DNA of 30,364 bases. Origin: a virus. Position numbers and translations under genes: made by a program. The notes beneath the pieces were generated by a model. That model was not told the origin of the DNA, searched no databases, and was given only the letters and a program-made list of their open reading frames with translations. The DNA lies in the IMG/VR virus record IMGVR_UViG_3300002898_000054, positions 1 through 30,364 of that record; one strand, written 5' to 3'. This document shows, in pieces, positions 24,558 to 30,364 of this stretch (its first letter is position 1; each line of letters begins with the position of its first letter).

Positions 24558-25144
24558 CAAGAGAAGAAGTCCAAACATTACTTACAAGATTATTTACACT
24601 ATATCCACTAAGTTTTAGCAAACTAACGCAATCCGAAAAGTCCGTAACAGTAGATTCGTGGTATATGTTCCTAGAAGAATATGAGAATGATGATATTGTA
24701 ACAGCCCTTAGAATTGCTGTAAAAGGGAATAACAGTGGTTTTGCACCAACAGTAGGGGAAATCATAGACAAACTAGGAACAGTGGCAGAATACAAGCAAA
24801 TTAGCGAGCCTGAGGCATGGGATATGGTAAACATAGCATTAAGAAGTAGCAGCCGAAACGCACGAGAAAGTTTTGACAATTTCCCTGATGAAGTAAAAGA
24901 CGCAGTGAGAAGCCCTAGCCAATTAATTATGTGGGGGCATACAAGTCTTGAAATGATTGAAACATCAGTAAGAAAAACATTCCGTGAAGCATATGAAAAC
25001 GCTTGCAAGAGAAGAAAAGAGTTTGGAAAGTTGCCTAAAGAAGTGAAAGCATTGATAAACAATGAAAAGCAAGCACCTAGAATTGAACAGCCTAAATATG
25101 ACATTAAGAAATTAACAGATGAAGCATTAAGTAAGTTACATTAA
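24554..25144 (+). CDS. helicase loader-like protein (SPP1 G39P family N-terminal domain)
   Basis: MTREEVQTLLTRLFTLYPLSF...VDSWYMFLEEYENDDIVTALRIAV...APTVGEII matches the G39P-type pattern. It follows the replisome organizer. Confidence 0.6.
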   Translation: MTREEVQTLLTRLFTLYPLSFSKLTQSEKSVTVDSWYMFLEEYENDDIVTALRIAVKGNNSGFAPTVGEIIDKLGTVAEYKQISEPEAWDMVNIALRSSSRNARESFDNFPDEVKDAVRSPSQLIMWGHTSLEMIETSVRKTFREAYENACKRRKEFGKLPKEVKALINNEKQAPRIEQPKYDIKKLTDEALSKLH

Positions 25145-25145
25145 G

Positions 25146-25193
25146 GGTGGAGATACAATAAAAAAATTAAAAAGCAAAATAGGAGGAAAAGAA
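25146..25193 (+). repeat. 48-bp perfect direct repeat, copy 1 (intergenic)
   Basis: ggtggagatacaataaaaaaattaaaaagcaaaataggaggaaaagaa is identical to 26155-26202. Confidence 0.95.
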
Positions 25194-25195
25194 AA

Positions 25196-25492
25196 ATGAA
25201 AAAATTTATAGGAAAAAAGGTAATAATTAGAGCAGACAGAGCAGGTGTGTTTTTTGGAACATTATCAGAAAAAGATGAGCGAGAAGTTGTATTAAAAGAT
25301 TGCAGAAGAATTTTTTACTGGGATGGTGCTGCTAGTATTTCACAACTAGCGAAAGATGGAACATCTAAACCAGAAAATTGCAAATTTACAGTAATTGTTG
25401 ATGAAATTCAAATAATGGGTGTTATTGAAATTATCCCATGCACAGAAAAAGCAATTAAATCTATTGAGGGGGTTAATATATGGATAAAATAG
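25196..25492 (+). CDS. conserved phage protein of unknown function
   Basis: 98 aa. The RBS is supplied by repeat copy 1. The pattern is IIRADRAGVFFGTL...RRIFYWDGAASISQLAKDG...CKF...IIPCTEKA. Confidence 0.6.
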   Translation: MKKFIGKKVIIRADRAGVFFGTLSEKDEREVVLKDCRRIFYWDGAASISQLAKDGTSKPENCKFTVIVDEIQIMGVIEIIPCTEKAIKSIEGVNIWIK

Positions 25493-26205
25493 AAAAATTT
25501 TTGAAAGTTGTCGATGGCTATGGCGATGGCGATGGCTCTGGCGATGGCTCTGTCTATGGCGATGGCTCTGGCTATGGCTCTGTCTATGGCTATGGCGATG
25601 GCGATGGCTCTGTCTGTGGCCCTGGCAATGGATCTGGCTCTGGCTATGGCTATGGCTCTGGCGATGGCGATGGCTCTGGCTATGGCTCTGGCTATGGCGA
25701 TGGCGATGGCTATGGCTCTGGCTATGGCGATGGAATTAAAGAGTTCAACAAAATAAAAATTTTTAATATTGACGGTGTTCAAACTGGAATTAAGCAAATT
25801 AAAGGAAATGTAGCATTTGGGTTTATATTGAACAATGATTTTACAACAACAAAATGTTATACCGTAAAACAAAACAATTTATTTGCACATGGAAAAACAA
25901 TTCGTGAAGCAATGAACGCTCTATCAGGAAAACTTTTTAACGATATGCCAGAAGTCGAAAGGATAGAAAAATTTATTGAATATTTCACAGACATTAAAAA
26001 AGAATATCCATGCTTAGAATTTTATGAGTGGCATCATAAACTGACTGGATCATGTGACATAGGAAGAAAATCATTTGCAGAAAACAACGATATAAATATT
26101 GAAACAGACAAAATGACAGTTTTTGAATTTATTAAACTAACTGAAAATCAGTATGGTGGAGATACAATAAAAAAATTAAAAAGCAAAATAGGAGGAAAAG
26201 AATGA
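25480..26205 (+). CDS. protein with N-terminal Gly/Asp/Ser/Tyr repeat region and a globular C-terminal domain of unknown function
   Basis: 241 aa. Residues ~12-85 are (G-D/S/Y)n repeats. The C-terminal domain contains AHGKTIREAMNAL and WHHKLTGSCDIGRKSF. Confidence 0.65.
   Translation: MDKIEKFLKVVDGYGDGDGSGDGSVYGDGSGYGSVYGYGDGDGSVCGPGNGSGSGYGYGSGDGDGSGYGSGYGDGDGYGSGYGDGIKEFNKIKIFNIDGVQTGIKQIKGNVAFGFILNNDFTTTKCYTVKQNNLFAHGKTIREAMNALSGKLFNDMPEVERIEKFIEYFTDIKKEYPCLEFYEWHHKLTGSCDIGRKSFAENNDINIETDKMTVFEFIKLTENQYGGDTIKKLKSKIGGKE
25513..25734 (+). repeat. degenerate hexanucleotide coding repeat (ggc-gat / ggc-tct / ggc-tat)
   Basis: 222 bp built almost entirely from GGC/GGA plus GAT/TCT/TAT codons. 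Confidence 0.9.
26155..26202 (+). repeat. 48-bp perfect direct repeat, copy 2 (coding 3' end of 25480..26205)
   Basis: Identical to 25146-25193. Here it encodes GGDTIKKLKSKIGGKE. Confidence 0.95.
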
Positions 26206-26327
26206 GTGCAGCAATTATAGTATTATTAGTAATATTAGTTTTAATGACAACAAGTGTGCATATGAAAGTAGCAATATTAGAAACACAAATAAAGAATCTG
26301 CAAAGGAGAAATGATGGAGTTTGAAAA
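26202..26327 (+). CDS. small single-pass membrane protein (41 aa, not in ORF track)
   Basis: ATGA overlap with the upstream stop, and the RBS comes from repeat copy 2. The product is MSAAIIVLLVILVLMTTSVHMKVAILETQIKNLQRRNDGV. Confidence 0.45.
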
Positions 26328-26535
26328 TTCAATAGAAAGTATGATTGCAAATTTCCCAATAAACACAAAAGTAGAATGGACTGAATGTATAGGGGATAAA
26401 GAAATAATAGTAACGGATATTGTAGACGGCTATTCCACAGTAGGAAACGTGTGCAACGTGGTTTTAAAGGAAAACGGGAGAGTGAGTTACAAGGGATTGT
26501 TTGTTGCGACAGAAAAACATAAGGAGAACAAATGA
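26311..26535 (+). CDS. hypothetical protein
   Basis: 74 aa behind an AAAGGAGA RBS. Confidence 0.55.
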   Translation: MMEFENSIESMIANFPINTKVEWTECIGDKEIIVTDIVDGYSTVGNVCNVVLKENGRVSYKGLFVATEKHKENK

Positions 26536-26750
26536 GAGAAGAAGCAGAGTGTATATCCGACAGATTTGAACGAGCCGAAGAAGAAAAAGAAAGGAGAAGA
26601 AACAAAATGTTAAAATGTGATATTTGTTTAGATCCGATAGAAACAGAAAAGTATTACGAATTTAAGAATGAAAAATATTGCGAAATGTGTTGGGAAGATT
26701 TTAGTTTGGAATGTGAAAGACAGAACTTATTTGAAGAAGAAGAATTTTAA
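26532..26750 (+). CDS. small zinc-ribbon-like protein
   Basis: It has CDIC...CEMC cysteine pairs. The start is either ATG 26532 (ATGA overlap) or ATG 26607 (after AAAGGAGA). Confidence 0.5.
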   Translation: MREEAECISDRFERAEEEKERRRNKMLKCDICLDPIETEKYYEFKNEKYCEMCWEDFSLECERQNLFEEEEF

Positions 26751-26820
26751 CCGAAGCAGGAGGAGAAAGAATGAACTTAATTGAATTTACAGGAGAAGAA
26801 CTTGATGGAGAAAAAGAGTA

Positions 26821-27039
26821 ATGCGATATGGACTAATACTTAAAAGCGGAGAATCACTAACAGTTCATTACGAAAAAGATATTGGGAATCTACAACAAGA
26901 ACTAGAAAAAGCAAAATGGATATCGTTTGACCTGTGTGGAACAACAACATTCCAAGCAGGAGAGGAAGGAAAAGCAGTATTCATTAAGAACTTATTACTT
27001 AGTGATTCAATAGAAAGCATTTACTACGAAGAAAAATAA
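26821..27039 (+). CDS. hypothetical protein
   Basis: 72 aa. The start overlaps the stop of a 16-codon upstream mini-ORF (TAATG). Confidence 0.5.
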   Translation: MRYGLILKSGESLTVHYEKDIGNLQQELEKAKWISFDLCGTTTFQAGEEGKAVFIKNLLLSDSIESIYYEEK

Positions 27040-27073
27040 TAGATGGTTTACATAATTAATAAAAAGGAGGAGA

Positions 27074-27709
27074 ATGATGAAAGTATTAGAACTTTTTGCA
27101 GGAACAAAGTCGATAGGAAAAGAGTTTGAGAAAAAAGGGCATGAAGTGTTTTCTGTTGAGTGGAGCAAGGATTTTGAAAACATTGATATGTATGTTGATA
27201 TATCAGAACTAAAAGCAAAACAGATAATGAAAAAGTTTGGAAAACCTGATATAGTTTGGGCAAGTCCTGATTGCACAACATATTCCATAGCAGCAATATC
27301 ACACCACAGAACAAAATCGGAAAGTGGAAATCTTGATCCTAAAAGTGAATATGCAAAGTTTTGCGATAAAACAAATAAGCACGTTTTAGATTTAATACAA
27401 GAATTAAAACCTAAGTATTATTTTATTGAAAACCCAAGAGGTGCAATGAGGAAAATGGACTTCATGAAAGGTCTGTATAGATATACAGTAACTTATTGTC
27501 AATACGGAGACACGAGAATGAAACCGACGGATATATGGACAAACCACCCAAATCCAAGTTTTAAGCCTATGTGTCATAACGGAGACAGTTGTCATATATC
27601 AGCACCACGAGGAAGTAAAACTGGAACGCAGGGTTTAAAAGGAAGCAAAGAGCGTTCAATAATTCCACAGAAATTGTGCGAACATATTGTAGAAATAAGT
27701 GAGGAATGA
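27074..27709 (+). CDS. orphan DNA (cytosine-5) methyltransferase, compact phage type
   Basis: Motif I is LELFAGTKS, motif IV-like is ASPDCTTYS (catalytic Cys), motif VI is ENPRG, and the C-terminus has RSIIPQKL. No adjacent restriction endonuclease. Confidence 0.7.
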   Translation: MMKVLELFAGTKSIGKEFEKKGHEVFSVEWSKDFENIDMYVDISELKAKQIMKKFGKPDIVWASPDCTTYSIAAISHHRTKSESGNLDPKSEYAKFCDKTNKHVLDLIQELKPKYYFIENPRGAMRKMDFMKGLYRYTVTYCQYGDTRMKPTDIWTNHPNPSFKPMCHNGDSCHISAPRGSKTGTQGLKGSKERSIIPQKLCEHIVEISEE

Positions 27710-27727
27710 ATTATAAACAAAAGGAGA

Positions 27728-28177
27728 ATGATGATAAAAGATAGTGGAGAGCGTACAACATTTAAGACAGGTGCAAAAAGAGACGTGCAAAAAGGTAAAG
27801 GAAGAAATGATCTAATGCCATTGATAGAACTAGGTGCAGTATTAAATGATGAAATAGTTTTATCAGTAGGAGAGTATAACAAAAATAGAAAACTGTCAGT
27901 ATTAGTGAATACATTGAAAATATACATTGAAAAATACATGATGTATAAAACCGAATATGAAATGGCAATTGATTTATCGAAACACTTTGAAAACGGTGCG
28001 AAGAAGTATGGCGAGAGGAATTGGGAAAAAGGAATACCAAAAGAAAGATATGTAGATAGTGCAATCCGTCACTACTTAAAATTCAGAGACGGACAAGAAG
28101 ACGAAAACCACGAAATCGCATTTGTTTGGAATGTAATTTGTTTGATGTGGACAGAGAATAAGGAGAAAGAAGAATGA
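27728..28177 (+). CDS. MazG-like nucleotide pyrophosphohydrolase (DUF5664 / dATP-dGTP diphosphohydrolase-type domain)
   Basis: The pattern is KGKGRNDLMP...HFENGAKKYGERNWEKGIP...AIRHYLKFRDGQEDENHEIAFVWNVICL. Confidence 0.6.
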   Translation: MMIKDSGERTTFKTGAKRDVQKGKGRNDLMPLIELGAVLNDEIVLSVGEYNKNRKLSVLVNTLKIYIEKYMMYKTEYEMAIDLSKHFENGAKKYGERNWEKGIPKERYVDSAIRHYLKFRDGQEDENHEIAFVWNVICLMWTENKEKEE

Positions 28178-28341
28178 ACGTGAGTAAAATAAGGAGAGAA
28201 ATTAAATTCAGGGCAAAAGGGCAAACGGATAATAATTGGCACTATGGACTTCTTTCCTTTAAAAGTGATACACATTGTAAAATCAAAGAAAGTTCATACA
28301 GAACGTATGTTTGTGATAAAATAAAGGTAGATACAAACTAA
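28174..28341 (+). pseudogene. YopX-like N-terminal fragment (55 codons)
   Basis: REIKFRAKGQTDNNWHYG resembles the start of YopX-family proteins. The ORF stops after about one third of the usual length. Confidence 0.35.
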
Positions 28342-28369
28342 CGCACACACACAGAAAGGAAAAAGAAAA

Positions 28370-28582
28370 ATGATTTTAAAAGTTAAAGAAAATGGAGTAT
28401 TCCTATTTATAGACAAGGTGCTAAGTTGCACAACGTCAGACAAAGAGTTTCATATTGATTATGAAAGAGAATGTAGAAACGGGAAAACTGAATATCTATC
28501 ACTTAACATCAAAGGTAGAGAAGCATATTTGCTAAATGACAATGGTAAAACATTATCTGTACTTAGCAATGAATTGATGTAA
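28370..28582 (+). CDS. hypothetical protein
   Basis: 70 aa behind an AAAGGAAA RBS. Confidence 0.5.
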   Translation: MILKVKENGVFLFIDKVLSCTTSDKEFHIDYERECRNGKTEYLSLNIKGREAYLLNDNGKTLSVLSNELM

Positions 28583-28598
28583 AAGAATAGGAGGAAAA

Positions 28599-28940
28599 AT
28601 GAAAAATAAAGTAAAGGTATTAGGAGTAGAATACAAAATAGAGTATCATAAACTAGAAGACGATAAGAACCTAGAAAAAGCAGACGGATATATGGATAAG
28701 ACAAAGAAGTTGATAGTTGTAGAAAAAGACTTTAATTCAAACTTAGGAAATCCGAAGAACTATGCAGAAAGTATACTAAGACATGAACTAATACACGCAT
28801 TCTTATATGAAAGTGGAATGTCAAGTAGTAGTTTAAACGCAGACGTTGCGTGGGCAATGAATGAAGAAATGGTTGACTGGTTTGCAATACAAAGTCCAAA
28901 GATATTCAAATGTTTTAAAGAATTAGGGATAGAAAAATGA
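28599..28940 (+). CDS. small HExxH zinc-metallopeptidase-like protein
   Basis: 113 aa with ILRHELIHAFLYESG (HExxH). RBS is TAGGAGGA. Confidence 0.55.
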   Translation: MKNKVKVLGVEYKIEYHKLEDDKNLEKADGYMDKTKKLIVVEKDFNSNLGNPKNYAESILRHELIHAFLYESGMSSSSLNADVAWAMNEEMVDWFAIQSPKIFKCFKELGIEK

Positions 28941-29060
28941 TGAATTGATTAAAATAAAAGAATTTATTGAAAAGCAAAGCGAGGAAGAAAAAAGAGGTGG
29001 TCGCAAGGCTGCCTTGTTACTAAAAAAACAATAAAAGTACAATAAAGTTATAAATAAGTG

Positions 29061-29089
29061 TTGACAAGTGTGTAATACAATGATATAAT
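29061..29089 (+). promoter_or_regulatory. strong promoter (module B), paralogous to 22396..22424
   Basis: TTGACA, a 17-bp spacer, then TGaTATAAT, which is consensus at both hexamers plus an extended -10. Confidence 0.7.
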
Positions 29090-29173
29090 TTACTTAGAAG
29101 TTAAGAAAACAAGCACACAAGGAGAACAAAATGAAAGAAATGAATTAAAAGTATTATTTAATTAAATAAAGGG

Positions 29174-29197
29174 TTGGCGGCAATCCATAAACCGCCA
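29174..29197 (+). other. conserved stem-loop (module B copy)
   Basis: TTGGCGG, an 11-nt loop (CAATCCATAAA), then CCGCCA. One G-U pair in copy A is a G-C pair here. Confidence 0.45.
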
Positions 29198-29217
29198 TTA
29201 AACAAGGAGGAAACAAT

Positions 29218-29535
29218 ATGAGAACAGAATATACTGAAATAAGAAATTTAGCATTTATGCTATGGAACGAAGAAATACCTTTTGAAACCCGTTTTATAAT
29301 GAATGGAATGCAAGTAATATATCCAAATAACAATCTAGAAGAAAGAATTTGTGATGCAATAGAGCATGACGGAAGTTACGGAAGAACAGAAGATAAACTT
29401 GAACTTATGGGGTTGCTTACAAGCGAAGAAAGAAAAAATGATAGCGTAGTAGGAAATTTATCAGCACAAGAAGTATTTGATAGAATAAAAAAACATTTTG
29501 AGAGCGAGGGAAAAGAATGGGAAAATACGATATAG
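29218..29535 (+). CDS. orphan 105-aa protein (candidate anti-defence/early effector)
   Basis: It has an AAGGAGGA RBS and no motif I recognise. It is the first real gene behind the consensus promoter and is followed by an overlapping XRE gene. Confidence 0.6.
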   Translation: MRTEYTEIRNLAFMLWNEEIPFETRFIMNGMQVIYPNNNLEERICDAIEHDGSYGRTEDKLELMGLLTSEERKNDSVVGNLSAQEVFDRIKKHFESEGKEWENTI

Positions 29536-29735
29536 CATCAATCATTAAATCAAGAAGAAAAAACATAGGCTTAACACACAGACAGCTAGCCGATAAATTA
29601 GACGTAACAGTTACCACAATTTCAAGGTGGGAAAATGGAGTAAACGAGCCAGACTCTAGCAAGTTTATCAAAATCTGCAAAGTACTAGCGTTAGAAGTAA
29701 ACGACTTTTTAGAAAGCGAGGAAGAAAAAAGATGA
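29517..29735 (+). CDS. XRE-family HTH regulator (Cro/Aca-like), paralogue of 23148..23360
   Basis: 72 aa with a GLTHRQLADKLDVTVTTISRWENG motif. Roughly half its residues are identical to the other XRE by eye, and both share the C-terminal LEVNDFLE. Confidence 0.8.
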   Translation: MGKYDIASIIKSRRKNIGLTHRQLADKLDVTVTTISRWENGVNEPDSSKFIKICKVLALEVNDFLESEEEKR

Positions 29736-29944
29736 ATTGTAAAAAATGTGGAAGTGATAACGTAACAGTACAGTATAGCGAATATGAGAAATCGAAAAGA
29801 AGATCTGTTTTGTGGAACTTGATGATGATACTATTAACTGGTGGTTTTTGGATTGTTTGGATATTGCTAAGAAACAAAAAGACAAAGACAGTTAAAAACA
29901 AATATGCACTATGTCAGGATTGTGGAAATAGTTGGAAGTTATAA
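29732..29944 (+). CDS. zinc-ribbon membrane protein
   Basis: 70 aa: CKKCG, then a TM segment (LWNLMMILLTGGFWIVWILL), then CQDCG. It has an ATGA overlap with the XRE gene. Confidence 0.55.
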   Translation: MNCKKCGSDNVTVQYSEYEKSKRRSVLWNLMMILLTGGFWIVWILLRNKKTKTVKNKYALCQDCGNSWKL

Positions 29945-29988
29945 GTTTGCAATATGCAGATAGTAGTTGTATAATTAAAGGGAGGTAT

Positions 29989-30117
29989 ATGAAAAAGGTT
30001 TCCAGTATTCCAAATATAGAGGACAGAAAGTCGCAGCAACCTCCTTTCAAAAAAAATAAAAGTTGTGGCTTTGCTGTCTGTTTGAAAAAGGCAATCAATA
30101 AAATAAAAGATACATAG
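29989..30117 (+). CDS. small basic protein (42 aa)
   Basis: ATG 29989 follows AAGGGAGG; the ORF-track start at 29932 lacks an RBS. Confidence 0.4.
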   Translation: MKKVSSIPNIEDRKSQQPPFKKNKSCGFAVCLKKAINKIKDT

Positions 30118-30140
30118 AGAGTTAACGCTCTCTATTTGTG
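30114..30140 (+). terminator. possible terminator / hairpin before the packaging genes
   Basis: ATAGAGAG-TTAACG-CTCTCTAT hairpin followed by a weak TTGTGT tail. Confidence 0.4.
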
Positions 30141-30159
30141 TATAGAAAAGGAGTAGCAG

Positions 30160-30364
30160 ATGGCGAGAGTATCAATATACGATCAATGGAAAGAAGACGA
30201 TGAACTAGAAAACATATTGATTAAACTTGAAGGGTGGGCAAGGCAAGGACTAAGCCAACCACAACTATCTAAAAACTTGGGTATATCACTTAAAACGTTC
30301 CAACAGAACATGAAAAGGTATCTACCATTTCGCCAAGCAGTAAAAAAGGGGAAGGAAGTTGCAG
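30160..30364 (+). CDS. terS: terminase small subunit, N-terminal part (continues at base 80 of the window after the duplicated 79 bp)
   Basis: AAAAGGAG, 6 nt, then ATG 30160. The product begins MARVSIYDQWKEDDELENILIKLEGWARQGLSQPQLSKNLGISLKTFQQ (HTH). It is in frame with 1..390 and gives 171 aa in total. Confidence 0.8.
   Translation, partial: MARVSIYDQWKEDDELENILIKLEGWARQGLSQPQLSKNLGISLKTFQQNMKRYLPFRQAVKKGKEVA
30286..30364. repeat. 79-bp exact repeat of bases 1-79 (circular-closure overlap)
   Basis: Direct comparison of both window ends. Confidence 0.95.

Noticed and set aside
25513-25734. CRISPR-like or minisatellite array
   Set aside because: The repeats are 6-nt degenerate codon units with no unique spacers, and they are entirely in frame within a protein-coding gene. 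The same reasoning applies to the tape-measure repeats at 10486-10872.
25508-25756. + strand ORF encoding MAMAMALAMALSMAMA...
   Set aside because: It is an alternative frame of the hexanucleotide repeat inside 25480..26205. It has no RBS and is a repeat artefact.
26771-26821. 16-codon mini-ORF (MNLIEFTGEELDGEKE) with a good RBS and a TAATG overlap to the next gene; also the TTG-initiated 29-codon ORF at about 28949-29038
   Set aside because: Both are too short to call as genes from sequence alone. The first may only act as a translational-coupling leader for 26821..27039.

Overview
This window is a complete, circularly closed genome of an AT-rich tailed phage with siphovirus-type gene order. 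Its signals look Firmicutes-like: strong GGAGG Shine-Dalgarno sites, TTGACA/TATAAT promoters, and SleB, PG_binding and XhlA-type lysis functions. Bases 1-79 recur exactly at 30286-30364 and the small-terminase gene crosses that junction, so the unique length is 30,285 bp. Every convincing gene is on the + strand. The late arm (1-16176) runs terS, terL, portal, MuF, scaffold, major capsid, head/tail joining genes, major tail, chaperones, tape measure, Dit, Tal-like protein, fibre genes, holin, endolysin and XhlA, and ends at a strong terminator. The early/accessory arm then carries a SleB-like hydrolase, an RHH regulator, a Rad52/Sak-type annealase, DUF1351, a NinB/HNHc-like protein, a free-standing HNH homing endonuclease, a Cys/His nuclease-like protein, RecU and SSB, followed by a terminator. 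After that come a promoter-DUF3560-XRE module, a replisome organizer with internal iterons, a G39P-like helicase loader, and a repeat-flanked two-gene cassette in which one gene has a long Gly/Asp/Ser/Tyr repeat. The arm finishes with many small orphans, an orphan C5 methyltransferase, a MazG/DUF5664-like pyrophosphohydrolase, and a second copy of the promoter-leader-hairpin-XRE module with different cargo. I saw no integrase, CI-type repressor, tRNA, rRNA or CRISPR array. Three observations stand out. (i) The duplicated promoter-leader-hairpin-XRE chassis carries different cargo genes in an acr/aca-like architecture, and only the -35/-10 spacer is swapped. (ii) An HNH homing-endonuclease cassette sits between a 27-codon remnant of its presumed target gene and an intact divergent allele. 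(iii) A 48-bp perfect direct repeat brackets a two-gene cassette. All functional calls come from by-eye motif recognition and synteny; no database search or folding computation was possible.
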